From positions 1-55,359 of IMG/VR virus record IMGVR_UViG_3300048580_000268: a DNA stretch of 55,359 nucleotides; one strand, given 5' to 3'. The DNA comes from a virus. Its lineage: Duplodnaviria > Caudoviricetes. This document shows positions 15,501 through 23,345 of the stretch, one piece after another. Within the stretch, counting starts at the first letter, position 1. Each line of letters begins with the position of its first letter. A program made the translations under genes and the position numbers. The notes under the pieces were generated by a model, which worked only from the letters and a program-made list of their open reading frames with translations, was not told where the DNA came from and ran no database searches.

Positions 15501-16293
15501 TCTCAAAAGGCATACGGTACTTCTCATTTACCGTCATAGTCTCGTGAGCAACAATCGAGTTCAGCTTTGTGTTGTCGTAGATTCTGGAGAGGTCCCCGTC
15601 GTGCTGAATAGCGACGAGAGGGTTTGACTTGAACGCAGCGGTAGCAAAGGCGTTATTGTTACCAGCCAGCTCTCTTGCGTCGAAGACCGCCGTATATCCA
15701 TGGAATAATTTCTGGATGATATTAAGGATAGTAGACTTACCGCTTCCAGGCGGTCCGTAGAAGACAAGGAACTTCTGAATATGTTTTGAATCTCCAGAAG
15801 CAATTGCGCCGATAGCCCATTCAATCTTCTCACGCTCCTCTTCAGAATATAGAGTTCCGACAATAGTATCCCAAGCAGAGCATTCTCCTGGGTGTAATGA
15901 ATATGGAAGGCGTTTACTTACATAATCGGTTCGCTTAACTTCAGTGTTTGCGAAGGTTAAAACCTCGTCAAGATTGTGGCTGTTGTTACCACTATTCCGG
16001 ACAAACCGCTGAAACTCGTCCCACAACTTTGTTGAGTTGGATTCAAGAGAAGCTACGGTATGAATAATACCGCTTCTTTCCTGCATCTCTTTTTGGTTTT
16101 TGAAAAGGTCAGCATCAACAAGACGCTGAACATCGTAAATATCAGTAGACCAAAGACCTTTGTCCTCGTCCCAAATGGCGTAGAACGCACCACCGCGAGT
16201 CATTAGGTCTTTGGATCTACCAACCTTGAAATCAGGGCGGATCTGCAGTGTACCATCTTTTTTCTCCTTAACAATAATATTATAGAAGTCCAC
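12559..16293 (-). CDS. SF3 helicase / AEP primase / family-B-like DNA polymerase fusion
   Basis: GPPGSGKS; IDFD and SKSGHGLHLHY; FDVE and GFNN..YD exonuclease motifs; DVASMHP, K...N..YG, KTDS. Confidence 0.88.
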   Translation of the reverse strand: MDFYNIIVKEKKDGTLQIRPDFKVGRSKDLMTRGGAFYAIWDEDKGLWSTDIYDVQRLVDADLFKNQKEMQERSGIIHTVASLESNSTKLWDEFQRFVRNSGNNSHNLDEVLTFANTEVKRTDYVSKRLPYSLHPGECSAWDTIVGTLYSEEEREKIEWAIGAIASGDSKHIQKFLVFYGPPGSGKSTILNIIQKLFHGYTAVFDARELAGNNNAFATAAFKSNPLVAIQHDGDLSRIYDNTKLNSIVAHETMTVNEKYRMPFETKSNAFLFMGTNLPVKITDAKSGIIRRLIDVVPTQRTIDHDTYHFLMEKIDFELGSIAYSCLQKYLALGKNHYSSYRPTEMMLQTDVFYNFVEANFDIFKAEDGVTLRRAWTLYKEFCSETGIDKMLPQYKLREHLKDYFEDFHDRIKIDGADVRSYYKGFKHLAQSPPKADMPIKTDGPYSIELEEGLSVFDELFANQPAQYAKDDGTPEKRWENVTTTLKDIDTSKLHYVQVPREHIVIDFDLTDEDGVKNIEACLEKANAWPVTYAELSKSGHGLHLHYNYYGDVESLANLHSVGVEIKTLLGNSSLRRKLTKCNKINVTPLYDGLPTKEKKLLDVQSIKSERSLRELIIRNLKKEIHPGTKPSIDFIHKILKDAYDEGLSYDVRDLRSNILTFAAGSSHQSSYCVSLVQKMDFVGKSEMPEVIDEQDKPIVFFDVEVYPNLFIVCWKSENSDGVSRMINPTPQEVEELLGNKLVGFNNRRYDNHILYARYLGYSNEELYNLSSRIINGGNERNVLFGEAYNLSYADIYDFSSKKQGLKKFQIELGILHMELDIPWDEPVDESLWKKVEEYCVNDVVATEAVFNSRRQDFVARKILAELSGLSVNHTTQNHTAKIIFGDDKKPQSSFVYSDLSEEFPGYIFNGKESFYKGEVTGEGGYVYAEPGIYTDVALLDVASMHPTSIECLDLFGPYTNRFSELKTARMAIKHKDYNRAKTLLDGKLEQFVSGSEDELDALSYALKIVINIVYGLTSARFDNPFKDYRNKDNIVAKRGALFMIDLKHAVQDEGFVVAHIKTDSIKIPNATPEIIQFVKDFGSDYGYDFEHEGTYEKFCLVNDAVYIAKSGDKWEAVGAQFQHPYVYKTLFSGEEITFDDICEAKTVTQGVMYLDFEGSEIIEQMRHVGRTGRFVPVVEGGGRLYRIKDNKHYAVTGTKDYSWVEASVAKDNQNYQLDDSYFITLVDKAKESINKFGNFEDFIS

Positions 16294-16305
16294 AGAACCC
16301 CCTTT

Positions 16306-16827
16306 CTAGAAAAACTGCTTTTCGACAAGATAAGCACAGAATTGATACCATATTTCGATATCTCTTTGATCTGTCTGTGCTCCATTCAGCGGGAACATAC
16401 CGCCTTCTCCGTTATAGCTGTAAGTCCTCCACACAAAATTACTAAGAATGTTGTCCACCTGCATTCTATTAAATCTTTCGTTGTAATATTGCGAAAGATT
16501 AAGCTCGCTCACGAACTCCCAAAACCATTCGTTAGCATTAATATCGGTTTGAAATTCCGCCCGTCTAGAAAAAGCAATCATCATTTCAAGAACGGAACAC
16601 CCCGACATAAAGCCAAAATCTGAAATTGAAATGCCTGTGTTCTGACAAAACTCACGTCTGAGCATGAGGCCGTCTTCGACCCGGTTGTCATCCCCCAAAA
16701 TTAACCAGATAAATTCTGTATCATACAACGTTTGAAGTAGATCAGAATATAACTCGGCTGGAGTATCGGACAACATCACTTTTGCGTAGAGCCAATCGAA
16801 ATATAGACTTTCTAATGGCTCGTTCAT
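16306..16827 (-). CDS. Conserved hypothetical protein
   Basis: YFDWL, DDNR..DG..LR, SVLEMMI, GGMFPL motifs. Confidence 0.75.
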   Translation of the reverse strand: MNEPLESLYFDWLYAKVMLSDTPAELYSDLLQTLYDTEFIWLILGDDNRVEDGLMLRREFCQNTGISISDFGFMSGCSVLEMMIAFSRRAEFQTDINANEWFWEFVSELNLSQYYNERFNRMQVDNILSNFVWRTYSYNGEGGMFPLNGAQTDQRDIEIWYQFCAYLVEKQFF

Positions 16828-16829
16828 AG

Positions 16830-17630
16830 TTAATCACCTGGTCTAAATTTAGTAATAGAGTGTTTAAGAGAAGCTCGCTCCTCTTCAGCCTCATACTCCA
16901 AACCAAGAACTTCGACTGAGTAGCTCCCTCGGTCTTTAAGAATTTCATACTCTGCTTTGAGTTTGTCGTTCCTAACATAAACCACGTTCTGATCCGATGA
17001 GCCATGGCCGAAGTTTAGAGTGCCAACTACTTCTTTGTAATTGTAAATTGGCACATCAGTCTGATCAACAAGAATATCATCACTGGCGTAGTATGTGAGC
17101 GTAGTCTGTTTGTAGTCTAACTCTTCGGCCCAGAATTCATCTTTGTTAAGAATATACGGAGAATCTTTAGTTCTCTTACTCTCTTCAGAATCCTGATCCC
17201 AATCGGCATTTACCTCGTTGAATACACTCACTACGTCTGATCCTTTATCCGATTCACTTTTAAAATACTCTTCGCGATAAAGGCGCATACCTTCTGTGAA
17301 TCCGTGCTCATTAATTAACATGTCTCGGCGTTCAATTGCATCAAAGTCTACTTTGATGTCTGCCGGGTCGTTGTTTGGCGGATCAATTACAATATCGGTT
17401 AAAGAGTCGAGTAAATCTTCTGTATGATCTTCCTCAGCAGAATCTTCGGCCCAAATAATATCTGGAAACTTAATGACGGTAGCTTCTTCATCAGGCTCAA
17501 TGATAATATCTGATCTTTTCATACGAACTAAGCCAAAACCGAGACCGAAGCCGCCGCAAAACACGGCGACCCCGATCCCGAAAGGCTTGGTGTTCGGATG
17601 ATGAATAAGTTTTTGTATTCTATCGATCAC
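16830..17630 (-). CDS. Hypothetical acidic protein with N-terminal membrane anchor
   Basis: 266-aa ORF. Confidence 0.75.
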   Translation of the reverse strand: MIDRIQKLIHHPNTKPFGIGVAVFCGGFGLGFGLVRMKRSDIIIEPDEEATVIKFPDIIWAEDSAEEDHTEDLLDSLTDIVIDPPNNDPADIKVDFDAIERRDMLINEHGFTEGMRLYREEYFKSESDKGSDVVSVFNEVNADWDQDSEESKRTKDSPYILNKDEFWAEELDYKQTTLTYYASDDILVDQTDVPIYNYKEVVGTLNFGHGSSDQNVVYVRNDKLKAEYEILKDRGSYSVEVLGLEYEAEEERASLKHSITKFRPGD

Positions 17631-18525
17631 CTCGCACCCCTATCTTGTCGTAAATGACTCCGTCGACGTTGAAGTCTAGAAGGATAGATCGCTCCCAACC
17701 GTTGACAAAATCTCGTTGATAAGCGTCAAATATCCCGAAGTCAATATAGTTGTCTCCTTCCGGGCCAAGAATCCAACCCACTACGGCGCCAGCACTAGAA
17801 TGCTCAATACCAAAATGGTCATAGATCTCATTCAAGAACACATGGCCTCTAATCTGAAGCTTGTTGTTGAAGAGGTTTTGAGCGGCTTGAACATACAGAC
17901 GATTTATCTCAGAATTCTTTTCCCAGTAAGGAGAAGCTTCGTCGAACCATCTAGCGTAAGGAGACCACCGATTAGGATCGGCAATCTTGATCACTTCTTT
18001 TGAGCCGTCTTCACGAGTGATTATTCGGTTTTCGATAGCATGATAAATATCAAGCTCTCTATCGGCACCAATTTCGCTTTTGACTCGAATGCGATACTCT
18101 TCGTACGCAGTTGAGACAGCAGCCACCGCCGCGGTAAGCGACGCATTACGACGTTTAAGAGTAACGTGCGACCCAGTAAGAGCTCCAATAGAGAGAGCTC
18201 CAACAATAATAGAGGGTCCGTACAGCTTAGCAATCTTTACCGTGTTCTTGCCGTACACATACCCTAGGTCTTTGTAGTACTCACGTTCGCTATAACTATC
18301 GTCGCTGCTGTTTAACCTACGCTCGCCCATAGCTTTAACGTCTTCGATTTCCTCCTGAAAATCGTCAACAGCATCGGGAAGACTTAGCGTTGCTCGACAA
18401 GCAAGAACAGTTCCTCCGAGAACACCGACTATACCGAAACCAAAGAACGTTTGAGGAGAGTTCTTCTTTGACTTGAGCGCTGACCTAACTATTGTTCTTG
18501 TTAATTTATTAGGAACAAACCGCAT
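17620..18525 (-). CDS. DUF6353-like protein (paralog 1)
   Basis: SP...FG.GIVG, Y..YR.RV, G.VFLNE.Y..., LDFNVDG. Confidence 0.7.
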   Translation of the reverse strand: MRFVPNKLTRTIVRSALKSKKNSPQTFFGFGIVGVLGGTVLACRATLSLPDAVDDFQEEIEDVKAMGERRLNSSDDSYSEREYYKDLGYVYGKNTVKIAKLYGPSIIVGALSIGALTGSHVTLKRRNASLTAAVAAVSTAYEEYRIRVKSEIGADRELDIYHAIENRIITREDGSKEVIKIADPNRWSPYARWFDEASPYWEKNSEINRLYVQAAQNLFNNKLQIRGHVFLNEIYDHFGIEHSSAGAVVGWILGPEGDNYIDFGIFDAYQRDFVNGWERSILLDFNVDGVIYDKIGVRGDR

Positions 18526-18543
18526 CTTTCTACCTAACTTTCT

Positions 18544-19158
18544 TTAAATGGCCTGAGCTGGCGGCAAGTTTAGTAAGAAGCCGTCACGAGTTTGCCTGAT
18601 TTCTGCAAACTGAAGATGCTCCCAACCCCATTTGTTGTCAATATAACTTCCGGGCAGCCCGACAATTGAGTTAAGATCCGCCATCGAAACAACCTGATAC
18701 AGGTCAATAATATCTTGAAGTCTCTCAAGCACAAGCTCGGCGTCACTCCGAGAATTGAAAATTATTTCCGTGTCGCTTTGCCTGGACCTGTTTGGTTGGT
18801 CTGGAAGATTTGCCCTAGGCGCGGAAGGCCGATTGATTGGGTTATTGTAGGTGACCCTCGGCCGGTACTCTGGCGTCCTAGTCCTCGAATGTGGGGAATC
18901 TCCATACACCATCTTTTCGATACCCTTTGTGGTCGCCTCGACCAACAGGTTACGAAATGCAGGAAGGAGCACCTCAGCACCAAGGTACTGCATTGCGGAA
19001 CTGAATTCCCCACCAAAGAAAACCATTTTTATGCGAGCACCAAGAGGCTTTTTACGAGAAATTACCTTACCGGATAGCTCAACTTTTTCGATTTTTTTGA
19101 CAGGCTCGATGCTTGTTTCGGCAGCTTTCTTCTTATTACTATTACCCTGATAATCCAT
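18544..19158 (-). CDS. Conserved hypothetical protein
   Basis: Y.GNS.K, R.DAE.VL, D.KWGW motifs. Confidence 0.75.
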   Translation of the reverse strand: MDYQGNSNKKKAAETSIEPVKKIEKVELSGKVISRKKPLGARIKMVFFGGEFSSAMQYLGAEVLLPAFRNLLVEATTKGIEKMVYGDSPHSRTRTPEYRPRVTYNNPINRPSAPRANLPDQPNRSRQSDTEIIFNSRSDAELVLERLQDIIDLYQVVSMADLNSIVGLPGSYIDNKWGWEHLQFAEIRQTRDGFLLNLPPAQAI

Positions 19159-19603
19159 TTGGGTCCTTGATAATGTTTTGAGGAATGAGGCTAGACGGAA
19201 TTGGCGGAGGCCCGGTAGGCTTGTCCTGATCAGCCTTTTCTACCAAATCAGAAGGGACAATACCGTTGATAAACGCTGCGGCAGAGTTGTCGTCTGTGGA
19301 CAACTCCATGTAAAGGGAAATATACGCGGCACTGTGAACAAACTCCTCACGAAGTTGATCACTCTTCATGAAAAACTTTCCATCTTCAGACTTAACACCA
19401 TAAGAAAGAAGAATAAGACGCTTAAATTCCTCGACAAGTCGCTTGTTGTCACCGGTCTCAATAATGCGCTGCATGGTAGCAGTGAAGCCGCCGTCCATGT
19501 TCACTTCCAACTCGACTAACTCAGGCTTGGAGAGGTTGAAGTAGAAAGTTTCAGTAATGGTATTACCATTAAAATCTTCGTAGGTAATTGGGCGCTTAAG
19601 CAT
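19142..19603 (-). CDS. Hypothetical protein, possibly tail-chaperone-like (start revised to MLKRPI)
   Basis: TYEDFNG, FYFNLSK.EL, YG.KSEDG motifs. Confidence 0.65.
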   Translation of the reverse strand: MLKRPITYEDFNGNTITETFYFNLSKPELVELEVNMDGGFTATMQRIIETGDNKRLVEEFKRLILLSYGVKSEDGKFFMKSDQLREEFVHSAAYISLYMELSTDDNSAAAFINGIVPSDLVEKADQDKPTGPPPIPSSLIPQNIIKDPNGLSG

Positions 19604-19787
19604 TGTTACTCTTATCCTTTTCTGGTTTATCGTCGAGATCGAAATGGGTGTTGTAGGCCACCTCAATCAGCTTGGCTGCGACCCAACCACCAAGACTCGT
19701 AAGCAAAAGCTTAGCTACCTGATGAAACATTGGGTCTGTATCTTCTTTGTAAATATCAAATTCTAGTAGCTTTTTTGACTTGCTCAT
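19596..19787 (-). CDS. Small membrane protein
   Basis: 63-aa ORF with GGAGG RBS. Confidence 0.6.
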   Translation of the reverse strand: MSKSKKLLEFDIYKEDTDPMFHQVAKLLLTSLGGWVAAKLIEVAYNTHFDLDDKPEKDKSNNA

Positions 19788-19805
19788 TATTCCTCCGTTT
19801 GTGTT

Positions 19806-20540
19806 TTAGATAGGCTTGACGTAATTGTAGTTAAAAGCCAGGCAAGGTCGTCCATCCTCCGAAAGGACTGTCGAAAAGTTTAGTTCCATGAGCTGATCAG
19901 AATCCCATCCCAATTCGCTCGAAAGCGAAGTGTTAGGAAGGTTAATAAGGTCATAGAACTCATCTAAAGTCACATACAGCTCGTTCATTACTTTTGAGTT
20001 TATGTCGTTCTGAGCTTTTCGTAGAGTTTCCATATCTGACATGAAATATCGACGCGTGTAAAGCTCACAGCACATTACTTCACCCCGACCAGAGAGTACG
20101 ACCATGTCTGGTGATTTGTTGGAAACCACGTCCCGAGCAATATCGTCTTTGATTATTTGCTCTTTGTGCTTTCCGATTTCTTCAACTACCTTTGTTCGGT
20201 ATTCAGAAAATGCTCTTTCCGTAACAGTGTATGCGCTAATCGCCGCAGCGGTTCTCTGAGCACCAAGCTTACTACCGTAGGCAATGGCCCCGATTGTAAC
20301 CGCGCATGTAGTTATCGGTGGAATATAGAATTTCCAAACAAGATTTGCGTTTTCTTTAAGTTTAGTCGTTTTGTCTTCGGCGGTGCTACCTACTTGATCA
20401 ATAGTGCGAGCCGCTTTGAACGAGGCAGTTGCTGTCAAATATGCAGTTGTTACAACGCCAAAAATACTTAATCCGGTCAGTATTGGGCCTGTGTTTTTGT
20501 TGAGGAGTTTTGATGTATGACGAATGTAATTTTGAATCAT
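19806..20540 (-). CDS. DUF6353-like protein (paralog 2; start revised to MIQNY)
   Basis: P.ILTGL...GVVTTA, Y..KV.E..G, R.F.SD, LGW; similar layout to 17620-18525. Confidence 0.7.
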   Translation of the reverse strand: MIQNYIRHTSKLLNKNTGPILTGLSIFGVVTTAYLTATASFKAARTIDQVGSTAEDKTTKLKENANLVWKFYIPPITTCAVTIGAIAYGSKLGAQRTAAAISAYTVTERAFSEYRTKVVEEIGKHKEQIIKDDIARDVVSNKSPDMVVLSGRGEVMCCELYTRRYFMSDMETLRKAQNDINSKVMNELYVTLDEFYDLINLPNTSLSSELGWDSDQLMELNFSTVLSEDGRPCLAFNYNYVKPI

Positions 20541-20698
20541 CGACGGCGCATCTCCCTGACAAAAATCCAGATGAGCCAAAGCCCTCCGGTAATTAGAGTC
20601 AGAAGGATATCCATCACAAAACTTAAACAACCGTAGTTGTTGTTATTACTCATGATGTATGCTTCTCCTATTGGTTGATAAATAGTTACGTGTTTCAT
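20537..20698 (-). CDS. Small membrane protein (...DILLTLITGGLWLIWIFVREMRRR); alternative start 20653
   Basis: Hand-translated; RBS at both starts; stop overlaps the next start. Confidence 0.7.
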   Translation of the reverse strand: MKHVTIYQPIGEAYIMSNNNNYGCLSFVMDILLTLITGGLWLIWIFVREMRRR

Positions 20699-20715
20699 TA
20701 CCCCTCCTCTAAATT

Positions 20716-20820
20716 AAAAAAATAAAAAAGAAGCATTTATGGAGGAGCTCGCCCTGGTTGGGAGAGCCCCTCCAACTGTTCCTTTTGGTAAGTTGTAATT
20801 TGGAAAAGCTTACGCTCTCC
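20716..20820 (-). ncRNA. Putative ~100-nt small RNA (promoter to T-tract)
   Basis: Follows the promoter motif; GUAAG/CUUAC stem, GGAGGGGCUC/GAGCUCCUCC hairpin, TTTTTTATTTTTT end. Confidence 0.55.
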
Positions 20821-20845
20821 ATTATAGGACCTGTAATTCTTGCGG
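20817..20845 (-). promoter_or_regulatory. Conserved promoter motif
   Basis: CCGCAAGAATTACAGGTCCTATAATGGAG. Confidence 0.8.
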
Positions 20846-20906
20846 ATGGCCAATTTGAAACCGTTTGCCCAAAAATCCCCCCCGGGGAAAAAATAAAAAT
20901 CGTTGT

Positions 20907-20967
20907 AAAAATGAGAAACACAGAAGCCGTGCAAGACTGTTAAGTCTCACACAGCTTCTGTGTTTTT
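20907..20967 (-). terminator. Long hairpin/terminator
   Basis: AAACACAGAAGC...GCTTCTGTGTTT inverted repeat. Confidence 0.7.
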
Positions 20968-20983
20968 ACCTCCGTAGTAGGGT

Positions 20984-21274
20984 CTAGTTCTTCGGTCGAA
21001 TGAACAGCGGCATGGCCTTGCTCGTGATCACGTGCTTCTCTTCGTATGCAACGATGATCAGGATGCCCAGAAGGTTACCCAGGACGACCATCACCGTATC
21101 CGGACTGATCCGTCGAGGCCGTGTATTGGCCTTCAACGCATTCAGTCTGTCAAGGTGGTTGATCAATCCCTGGTACTCTTCGGACTCCGGACCAAACATC
21201 TGCATGTCGTCGACAACACGTTCGATCAAGATGTCAAGGTACTTGGCGTCGTTTCGTTCGAAAACTCCGAACAT
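20984..21274 (-). CDS. Stand-alone cassette gene, 96 aa membrane protein (start revised to MFGVFER)
   Basis: Own promoter motif and terminator; C-terminal TM segment followed by YEEKHVITSKA. Confidence 0.8.
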   Translation of the reverse strand: MFGVFERNDAKYLDILIERVVDDMQMFGPESEEYQGLINHLDRLNALKANTRPRRISPDTVMVVLGNLLGILIIVAYEEKHVITSKAMPLFIRPKN

Positions 21275-21294
21275 AGTTTGCCTTTCTGTAGGTA

Positions 21295-21322
21295 TCTCAT
21301 TATAAGCGCTGTATTTACTGCG
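21295..21322 (-). promoter_or_regulatory. Conserved promoter motif
   Basis: CCGCAGTAAATACAGCGCTTATAATGAGA. Confidence 0.8.
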
Positions 21323-21527
21323 GGCTTTTAGAAATCTTGAAAAATATGTAACGTCGCTTAAGTAACGACTCAAGTTCTTCCTCTAACTCTAGCACGTATT
21401 TGACATCGCCTTCTTTGTTTTCCCGCACATACATAGTTCCAGCTCTACGGTTCAGAATTATGAACACGGCAGAGCTAGAAGCTAAGACTCCAAATATAAA
21501 CGCCAGAATAACTTGTACAGAAATCAT
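21315..21527 (-). CDS. Small membrane protein
   Basis: N-terminal TM segment; follows the holin. Confidence 0.7.
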   Translation of the reverse strand: MISVQVILAFIFGVLASSSAVFIILNRRAGTMYVRENKEGDVKYVLELEEELESLLKRRYIFFKISKSPQ

Positions 21528-21530
21528 GAA

Positions 21531-21947
21531 TTAAGTCCGTTCTTTGTCTAGGACCTCAATTTTTTCCTTAACTTTTATTACCTCACTTCGGATCTCTTGT
21601 AAAGTTTTTACAATAGAATCCTCAGCAACTTTAGTTTCTTTGTGGGTTATTTTGTGAAGTTGGTCCCAAAATAAACGGTGCTGTTTGATTTCGACAGTAA
21701 CATCGTTTAATATGTCTTTTACGTCTTCTAACTCGGAAACTAAATGTGAAACTTTATCGTAAAGGCGCTGTTCTCCGCTTTCTACGTGATTAACCGCCGT
21801 ATTGACTTGTGATACCTGATCGTTTGTATCCTTCACGAGCTTTCCATTTTTTATAACGAAAACTAAAGCACCAATAGATGTAGCAATAAGTGCTATTAAG
21901 GCTAAAATAATTTCGTTATTGGATGTGGTCACCGCTTGCCCAATCAT
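21531..21947 (-). CDS. Membrane-anchored coiled-coil protein (lysis-associated?)
   Basis: TM plus heptad pattern; coupled to the holin. Confidence 0.7.
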   Translation of the reverse strand: MIGQAVTTSNNEIILALIALIATSIGALVFVIKNGKLVKDTNDQVSQVNTAVNHVESGEQRLYDKVSHLVSELEDVKDILNDVTVEIKQHRLFWDQLHKITHKETKVAEDSIVKTLQEIRSEVIKVKEKIEVLDKERT

Positions 21948-22189
21948 ACTTCATCAAAAGATTCAGAAGAACTGAAAAGATTTTCAACCTCTTTGCTATA
22001 CTGCCTAGAGCTCAAGCCGATCAGCACGCCAATAAAAGTGGACACCGCTCCAAGAGTTATGATAACTTTGTCTGTGTTAGCCCACTCCCAGACCTGAGCT
22101 AAAGTCACATAGAGAGTGATAAACGCTGGAAGGGCTATGGATACCACCCATTTTAATGTATTGTAAACTTTATTTGACATGTGTAACAT
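21944..22189 (-). CDS. Holin (Dp-1-like)
   Basis: MSNKVYNTLKW....LPA...LY, two TM helices, G.LIG.SS.QY. Confidence 0.85.
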   Translation of the reverse strand: MLHMSNKVYNTLKWVVSIALPAFITLYVTLAQVWEWANTDKVIITLGAVSTFIGVLIGLSSRQYSKEVENLFSSSESFDEV

Positions 22190-22199
22190 CTTATACCCC

Positions 22200-23345
22200 T
22201 TAAGGTTCGGCCAGTGTTGGATACGCTGTGTATCCGTTTTCGTCTTCTATTTCTACGTGCTCGATCACTCGCATGACGCTTGACGAGTTGTAGTCACCAA
22301 TAATTCCGACCAGATCACCAAGGCGGTAATCCTCTCGGTATTTAAACCTAAACTGATCTTCTGATAATTTTGGGTCCGTTATCTCTACGAAAGACTTCTT
22401 TTTTAACATTATGTTTGCTCGTTGCCGCATACTTGCTCTAATTTTACTAGTTTGTGTGGTCGGCGGAGCATCATACTGCTCGTCAAGATCGGTTGCGTCA
22501 ATAATCGTAATTTTTCGGTTCACTCCAGTTTGTGACCCGTGAACCATTTCCATATAATAGTTACTAAAAACAAGGCACGATGTTTTTTCGTTCTTACTCG
22601 ACCAAAAATAGTTAGCAGTTTCTATTTCATCTAAAGAGTGATCAAACGCGACTGAACCAGACAAATCCACGCCTTGCGTAACGTAGAAACTAATACCTTC
22701 TGGGTCAAACTCAGCATTATTACCAAAGCCTTGAGCTGTGACTCGCCCAGTTGGTCGTATCGCGGAAAGTCCAAGATTATCTAATTGTAAGAGATCAATT
22801 ACAACATTATAGACAGGACCTTTTTCAAAAGTAGTATCCTCAGATTCCGTCATGCTCGTATCGTCAAAGGGAGAAATAAGAGCCACATTCACGTTCGTTA
22901 AAGCGTCAGCCGCTGTGTACTGAGCCTCTTCATAAATATGATGTCGAATCATATATAGGGCTTGAAGATACGAGTAAGCAAAATTAGATTCGTATGGAGT
23001 GTTTAACTGTGGGATTGCCGAAGCCCACTGTTTGTTGGCGCCAAGTATTCGGTGCTCAAGAAAAGAATCGAACCCGCGGCCGCTAACAGTAATTGTCCCA
23101 CCCTGATCATCTATTTCAATCTCGTGGTTTTCAACTATCATTACTTCGTCGGTGTCAATTCTTGAAACTAGAGTCCCAATGGGTAGCTTTTCTCTGAGCG
23201 CGGAGTCAAGTTCTCCAGATATTGAAAACTCAGAAATATCAGCAAACTTTTCAACCCATGTGCACCGGTCATATCCGTTGATTATTTCTCCAGAAGAAAG
23301 GTTAACGGAGGTTCCCGTGGGTAACGGGTATTTAAAAATATCCAT
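22200..23345 (-). CDS. Minor tail/baseplate hub protein (ReqiPepy6 gp37-like)
   Basis: W.E.....EF, V.GR...SFL..R, Y..DY.LGD.V; follows the Dit-like gene. Confidence 0.75.
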   Translation of the reverse strand: MDIFKYPLPTGTSVNLSSGEIINGYDRCTWVEKFADISEFSISGELDSALREKLPIGTLVSRIDTDEVMIVENHEIEIDDQGGTITVSGRGFDSFLEHRILGANKQWASAIPQLNTPYESNFAYSYLQALYMIRHHIYEEAQYTAADALTNVNVALISPFDDTSMTESEDTTFEKGPVYNVVIDLLQLDNLGLSAIRPTGRVTAQGFGNNAEFDPEGISFYVTQGVDLSGSVAFDHSLDEIETANYFWSSKNEKTSCLVFSNYYMEMVHGSQTGVNRKITIIDATDLDEQYDAPPTTQTSKIRASMRQRANIMLKKKSFVEITDPKLSEDQFRFKYREDYRLGDLVGIIGDYNSSSVMRVIEHVEIEDENGYTAYPTLAEP

